Assembly (NCBI GenBank): GCA_046262115.1 | Contig: JBHENJ010000080.1 | Span: 7,941 to 71,940 of the forward strand | Origin: Candidatus Limnocylindria bacterium | Lineage (GTDB): Bacteria > Chloroflexota > Limnocylindria > QHBO01 | Reading direction: 5' to 3' | Length of the DNA stretch: 64,000 bases | Position numbers and translations under genes: made by a program | Shown here: positions 59,332 through 64,000 of the stretch, piece by piece | Layout of the letters: the number at the start of each line of letters is the position of its first letter | Position numbering within the stretch: the stretch's first letter is position 1 | The notes under the pieces: generated by a model | The model's input: only the letters and a program-made list of their open reading frames with translations | Database searches by the model: none | Told to the model about the DNA's origin: nothing

Positions 59332-60747
59332 ATGGAGCCGGGCAGTACCGGGGGCGGCGGCACCGGCAATCCGCTGCTCGACATCGTCATCGTTCTGACC
59401 CTGATCCTGGCCGGCGGGTTCTTCGCGGCGTCCGAGATCGCGCTGATCACCGTCAAACGCCACCGCCTCCGGCAACTCTCCATGGAGGGCAGCCGCGCCT
59501 CCCGCGTCGCGCTGCGACTGACCGAGAACCCCAGCCGGTTCCTCGCCACGGCGCAGATCGGGATGACGTTCCTCGGCTTCCTTGCGTCTGCCGTCGGCGC
59601 AGTCGCGTTCTCAGACGTCCTCGCGGACGGCGTCCGCCTCATCCCGCTCGGCTTCATACTCAACGCCGCCGATACGATCGCGTTCGTGCTCATGACGATG
59701 TTCATAGCCCTGGCGTCGATCATCATCGGCGAGCTGGTCCCGAAGACGCTCGCGCTGAGCTTCACCGAACGGCTCGCGCTGATCGTGGCGCACCCGATCA
59801 ACTTCCTCGACCGGGTCCTGTCGCCGATCGTCTGGTTCGTGTCGCGCACCAGCCTGGTCTTCGTGAAGGCCCTGGGCGGGAAGGAGCGGCCCGACACCGG
59901 GTACCTGTCGACGGAGGAGCTGAAGATCCTCGTCGAGACGGGGTCCGAACGCGGCGACATCGAGGAAGAAGAGAAGGAGATGATCCACGGGGTCATCGAG
60001 CTCGGCGACAAGAGCGTCCACGAGGTGATGGTCCCGCGCATCGGGATACGGGCCGTCGACGTCGACGCGCCGCTCGAAGAGGTTCTGGACCTGATGATGA
60101 ACGCCGGGCACTCGCGCGTCCCGGTCTATACCGAATCACTCGACACCATCGTGGGCATCCTGTACGCGAAGGACCTGCTGCCCTACCTCAAGACCAACGG
60201 CCGGCGGACGAACGGCTCGGGCAAGATCGACATCCGCAACGTGGTCCGGGAGCCGGTCTACGTGCCGGAGACCAAGCGCGTAGACGAGCTGCTGCGCGAG
60301 ATGCGGCAGGGCAAGACGCACATGGCGATCGTGGTCGACGAGTACGGTGGCACCGCCGGCCTGATCACGATGGAGGACCTGGTCGAGGAGATCGTCGGCG
60401 AGATCCAGGACGAGTACGACACCGAGGAGTCGCTGATCGAGCCGGTGGACCTCGATGGGCAGCAGGCCTTTCGCGTCGACGGTCGGGTGAGCGTCGACGA
60501 CCTGCGGGACCTGTTCGACCTGCCGGATGACGAAGAGCCGGATGAGGACGACTACGACACCGTCGGAGGGCTGATCATCAACCGCGTCGGCCGCATCCCG
60601 CTGCCCGGCGCCGAAGTGCCGTTCCGCGACCTCATGCTCAGGGTCGAGGCGGCCGACCCGCGGCGCGTCGCGAAAGTGCTTGCCGTGCGGCAGGGCAACG
60701 GCGCGTCCCGAGCCGCGGGCGCGGAGGCTTCAGCAGCCGAGGCGTGA
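59332..60747 (+). CDS. HlyC/CorC-family transporter (DUF21 membrane domain + CBS pair + CorC_HlyC)
   Basis: 4 TM N-terminal domain, two CBS motifs (VMVPRIGI..., [29 protein letters not shown]), C-terminal transporter-associated domain. Confidence 0.85.
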   Translation: MEPGSTGGGGTGNPLLDIVIVLTLILAGGFFAASEIALITVKRHRLRQLSMEGSRASRVALRLTENPSRFLATAQIGMTFLGFLASAVGAVAFSDVLADGVRLIPLGFILNAADTIAFVLMTMFIALASIIIGELVPKTLALSFTERLALIVAHPINFLDRVLSPIVWFVSRTSLVFVKALGGKERPDTGYLSTEELKILVETGSERGDIEEEEKEMIHGVIELGDKSVHEVMVPRIGIRAVDVDAPLEEVLDLMMNAGHSRVPVYTESLDTIVGILYAKDLLPYLKTNGRRTNGSGKIDIRNVVREPVYVPETKRVDELLREMRQGKTHMAIVVDEYGGTAGLITMEDLVEEIVGEIQDEYDTEESLIEPVDLDGQQAFRVDGRVSVDDLRDLFDLPDDEEPDEDDYDTVGGLIINRVGRIPLPGAEVPFRDLMLRVEAADPRRVAKVLAVRQGNGASRAAGAEASAAEA

Positions 60748-60751
60748 CGCG

Positions 60752-61822
60752 TCAGGCGTCGATGATGGCCTGGACGAGGCGCACGAGGATCTGCTGCCCG
60801 TCGGCTAGGATCGGCAGTTCCACGAGGTCGCCGATCGCCTGATCCCGATAGCGGCGCGCTTCGGCCACGGCGTAGTCACGCGCACCGCACGACTCGAGGA
60901 TCCTCAGGACTTCGCTGACGGTAGCCTCGTCGAGCAGCTGCTCGGCACCGGGGGCGGCGCGACCGTCGAGCGCGCGGATGATCGGCCGGTAGATCTCGCG
61001 GAGCCGGCGGCCGGGATCGCCATCGACGTTCTGGAGGGCCCAGATGACGGGCAGCGTCTTCTTGCGCTTGGCGATGTCGCCGGCCTCCCGCTTCCCGGTC
61101 TGGGAGCTCGATCCGAACGCGCCCTTCAGGTCGTCGGCGATCTGAAACGCGATGCCGAGGTCGTATCCGAAGCGGCGGTACGCCTCGTGGATCTGGGGGT
61201 CATCGGTCGCCAGGATGGCGGCGGCATGGACTGATGCGGCGATCAGCGCGGCGGTCTTCTTGCCGATCATGTCGAGGTACTCCTCGACGCGCACGTCGTC
61301 GCGCTGCTCGAAGCTGATGTCGAGGTATTGGCCCTCGCAGAGCGCGAGGCAGGTCTCGTCGTACATCTTCATCATGTCGAGCTTCTTGCGGTCGGGGACG
61401 TCCTCCTCGCCCTCCGGCACCGGCCGATGCAGCGCGAGCCGGCTCAGCGCGAACAGGGTGTCGCCTGCGTTGATCGCCATCGGGACGCCCCACACGGCCC
61501 ACACCGTCGGCCGATGCCGGCGCTCGCGATCCTGGTCCTCGATGTCGTCGTGGACCAGGCTGAAGTTGTGGCCGAGCTCGACGGCAGCCACCCCCGGCAG
61601 CGCCTTCCGGTACTCGCCGGTGAGCGACTGGTAAGCCAGCAGACCGATCAACGAGCGCAGCCGTTTGCCTCCCGCCCCACGGTGCTCGCCGATGCCCAGG
61701 TGGTAGGCGAGCATGTCGTACAGCGGCCGGGTGCCGTCGTCACGCTCGCTGAGGACCTTGCCCATCTCGTCCTCGATGTCCTCGAGGAGCTGGCTAAACT
61801 CGGTCTTGATGTCGAGGGCCAC
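60752..61822 (-). CDS. Polyprenyl (trans-isoprenyl) diphosphate synthase
   Basis: FARM LVHDDIED and SARM QIADDL aspartate-rich motifs; 356 aa; GTG start. Confidence 0.88.
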   Translation of the reverse strand: MALDIKTEFSQLLEDIEDEMGKVLSERDDGTRPLYDMLAYHLGIGEHRGAGGKRLRSLIGLLAYQSLTGEYRKALPGVAAVELGHNFSLVHDDIEDQDRERRHRPTVWAVWGVPMAINAGDTLFALSRLALHRPVPEGEEDVPDRKKLDMMKMYDETCLALCEGQYLDISFEQRDDVRVEEYLDMIGKKTAALIAASVHAAAILATDDPQIHEAYRRFGYDLGIAFQIADDLKGAFGSSSQTGKREAGDIAKRKKTLPVIWALQNVDGDPGRRLREIYRPIIRALDGRAAPGAEQLLDEATVSEVLRILESCGARDYAVAEARRYRDQAIGDLVELPILADGQQILVRLVQAIIDA

Positions 61823-61925
61823 GGCCGAATGCTACCCGAGGGGTCGGCTTCGGTAATCGAGAGGTAAGGCACCGATAAGCCCGCGCGCCAGGATCTACAA
61901 GACCCAGGGGATCGTTCTGCGCTCA

Positions 61926-62663
61926 ATGGACCTCGGTGAGGCCGATCGGGTCCTCACCGTCCTGACGCCGCACACCGGGAAGTTGCGCGTCATCGCCAAG
62001 GGCGTACGGCGCACCCGCTCCCGCATCGGCGGCGGGTTGGACCTGTTCAGCGATGTGCACCTCGTCATGGCCGTCGGCCGCACCTTCGACGTCGTCACGC
62101 AGACGAGCCTCCAGGATGCGCACCTCCCGCTTCGCAACGACCTGCTGTCGACCGCCTGCGCCTGGTATCTGGTCGAGCTGGCGGATCGCTTCTGCGAGGA
62201 CCGGGCCGAGTCGCACGCGGCCTTCGTCCTGCTCGCGCAGGCGCTCACAGCGCTCGATGCGCCGCGTGACGCGGTCGACCACGACGTCGTCGCGCGGTGG
62301 TTCGAGCTGCACCTGCTCGAGGCGATGGGATTCCGCCCGGAGTTGACCCGCTGCCTGGAATGCGGGGCCACCATCGAACCGGACGGCAACTTCTATTCCG
62401 CGGTGGCCGGCGGAATCCTCGACGCGCAGTGTGCGGATGCGGCGCTGGCGGCCCGTCCGATATCGGCCGATACGCTCAAGTTCCTCCGGCATCTCCAGCG
62501 CTCTGCACTCGGGGACGCCATCCGCGTGGCCGCGCCGTCATCAGTGTCGCGCGAGGCAGAGCGGCTCAGTCGCGACACCGTGCGAACGGTCCTCGAGCGC
62601 GAGATGCGATCGATCGACTTCCTGGACGAGGTGGCTTCGCGGGCGTCGCTCGTCAGCGCATGA
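61926..62663 (+). CDS. recO: DNA repair protein RecO (the N-terminal roughly 30 codons lie in another frame at 61829-61921: apparent +1 frameshift)
   Basis: MDLGEADRVLTVLTPHTGKLRVIAKGVRR... plus C-terminal C-x2-C...C-x2-C zinc motif; the conserved RecO start IYKTQGIVLR is encoded in frame 2 just upstream. Confidence 0.8.
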   Translation: MDLGEADRVLTVLTPHTGKLRVIAKGVRRTRSRIGGGLDLFSDVHLVMAVGRTFDVVTQTSLQDAHLPLRNDLLSTACAWYLVELADRFCEDRAESHAAFVLLAQALTALDAPRDAVDHDVVARWFELHLLEAMGFRPELTRCLECGATIEPDGNFYSAVAGGILDAQCADAALAARPISADTLKFLRHLQRSALGDAIRVAAPSSVSREAERLSRDTVRTVLEREMRSIDFLDEVASRASLVSA

Positions 62664-63101
62664 GGCCCCGCGTCGCCGTCGCCACCGGACTGAGTCGCGG
62701 CCTTGGCCGGATGCCAGTACTTTGTCGCGCAACCACGGCCGCAGCCGGTCGCCCCGCCGCGCCAGTTCACAGGCCTGACCCTCGACATCGTCAACCGTTC
62801 CACTGACCCGGTGACCATCCTGTATGAGGGTCGGACCGGGACTGGCGCAGGGACACTGGAGACGCTTGTCGACGGCCGTCAGGCCGTGGGGGTCGCGCTG
62901 ACCCTTGACGACCGCTGGCAGCTCACCGTCGATTCCGGGGTGATTCTCGCCACGGCCGACGTGCCTCCGCCGAACGCGCGCCCGGAGGGGATGACGGCGG
63001 CAGTCGAGATCCAGCCCGACGGCGAGGTCGTCGTTGCGAAGGCGCCTGCAGCGGGCCTGGCGCCGCCCGAGCCGGCACGAAGCGTCCGCAGGTGTCAGTA
63101 G
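62660..63101 (+). pseudogene. Lipoprotein paralog 1, frameshifted within the signal peptide
   Basis: ATG 62660 (ATGA overlap with the recO stop) encodes MRPRVAVATGL...; the lipobox LAGC and the mature domain continue in the +1 frame from 62694; removing A62693 restores one ORF. Confidence 0.45.
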
Positions 63102-63565
63102 CCGCGCCTGCGGCGCGGCGCGCCGTGGCCACGCTCGGCCTGAGCGTGCTTTTCACCGGTTGCGAGTACTTCGTGACGCAGCCGCCGCAACAGCCGGCCC
63201 GTCTCCCCGGGGACGTCTGGATCGACGTCACCAATCGTTCGGCCAGAGACGTACAGGTCGGCACCGAGGGCGAGAGCGTTGGGAGCGCATCCGGGAGTGG
63301 CGGCCTCGTTGGCGCGTGCCAGGCGCTTCGTATGGGCGGCGGCATGGAGCAGACGTGGCGCATCCTCGTCGACGGCGAGGTGGTGTTCGACTCGGCGGAG
63401 CTGCCGGCTGGGGTACCGGGTGCCGGCCGCGTCGATGTCGTCGTGCCGATCGAGATCCGGCCTGACGGCGAGGTGATCGTCGGCCAGCCTCGTCCCGCGC
63501 CGGATGCGGCGCCTGGCGATGGACGCGCGTTGCCTGGCTGCGGAGAGCCCTCGCCTACCGGCTGA
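63092..63565 (+). CDS. Putative lipoprotein (paralog 2; lipobox LFTGC)
   Basis: Signal peptide MSVAAPAARRAVATLGLSVLFTGC; the mature region aligns with paralog 1 (GCEYFVTQPPQQP.. / GCQYFVAQPRPQP..; IEIRPDGEVIV / VEIQPDGEVVV). Confidence 0.55.
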   Translation: MSVAAPAARRAVATLGLSVLFTGCEYFVTQPPQQPARLPGDVWIDVTNRSARDVQVGTEGESVGSASGSGGLVGACQALRMGGGMEQTWRILVDGEVVFDSAELPAGVPGAGRVDVVVPIEIRPDGEVIVGQPRPAPDAAPGDGRALPGCGEPSPTG

Positions 63566-63769
63566 ACACCGCCGTCGCGCCATCGGTCCTGGGGTCTGGG
63601 AGGACCCATGTTGCGCGGCGTCAACGCCGCTTACGTCTCCGCTCGTGACTCGTCCGGCCTGGACCGCACTGGACCGATTTCGGGAGGGGTACCCAAGTAC
63701 CAGGACCCGTCGTAGAGTCGCGCTCCGCGGTGACGACGTACCAACACCGCGCAGGGGAGCTCAGGACAC

Positions 63770-64000
63770 GTGACGCGGAATCGGACTCATCTCTCTAGAT
63801 TCATCAAGGCGATCGCCGCTCTCGGACGCGTCGCTGCAGTCGCCGCGGCACTGCCCGCCGGCGCCGCGGCCGCGGACGGCACCGAGACCGCCGCCGGCAT
63901 CCTGGGACTCTCTCCGGAAATGCTGCAGGTCGACAGCCGGCTGCTGGTCATCGGTATCGCCATCGTTGGCGTCGCGATCCTCGCCCTGGTGGCTGCGGTT
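63770..64000 (+). CDS. Putative secreted/membrane protein, 3-prime partial (runs off the window end)
   Basis: GTG start with SD aggggag upstream; signal-peptide-like RFIKAIAALGRVAAVAAALPAGAAAADG, then a hydrophobic helix; no stop before the window end. Confidence 0.3.
   Translation, partial: MTRNRTHLSRFIKAIAALGRVAAVAAALPAGAAAADGTETAAGILGLSPEMLQVDSRLLVIGIAIVGVAILALVAAV

Overview
High-GC (roughly 70%) bacterial chromosome segment, almost entirely one long co-directional (+ strand) array of core genes. Order: radA (3' end), a YacL-like PIN/TRAM membrane protein, fused ispDF, rlmB, a tRNA-Thr/Tyr/Thr island, rpmG, tRNA-Trp, secE, nusG, rplKAJL, rpoB, rpoC, the str operon (rpsL-rpsG-fusA-tuf), the complete S10-spc-alpha ribosomal cluster (rpsJ through rplQ, including secY, adk, map, infA, rpmJ), truA-rplM-rpsI, cdaA-cdaR-glmM-glmS, acpS, nnr, alr, an uncharacterized 7-gene operon, tsaE-tsaB-rimI-tsaD, rsmA(ksgA), ispE, ridA, glmU, a CBS-domain CorC/HlyC transporter, a polyprenyl synthase (- strand), recO (frameshifted) and two tandem lipoprotein paralogs. 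The synteny is Firmicutes/Chloroflexi/Thermus-like despite the GC content (Zn-ribbon L24, type-Z S14, large beta-prime insertion). No rRNA, CRISPR, IS or phage genes were seen. Most likely novel: a tightly translationally coupled 7-gene operon (47087-52957) between alr and tsaE encoding small, membrane, ASKHA-ATPase (MutL/EutA-like DxGSTxTK motif) and barrel-hybrid/KOW-like proteins, flanked by peptidoglycan-precursor genes. Also notable: several ribosomal proteins (S3, L5, L30, L15, S5, RpoA) carry long low-complexity Ala/Pro/Thr/Asp-rich extensions; four sigma70-like promoters share an 18-nt spacer; single-base frameshifts occur in recO and in the signal peptide of a tandem-duplicated lipoprotein; a 26-aa hydrophobic peptide gene sits inside the tRNA island. 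All coordinates were read by eye from the sequence and ORF track; no homology search was run.
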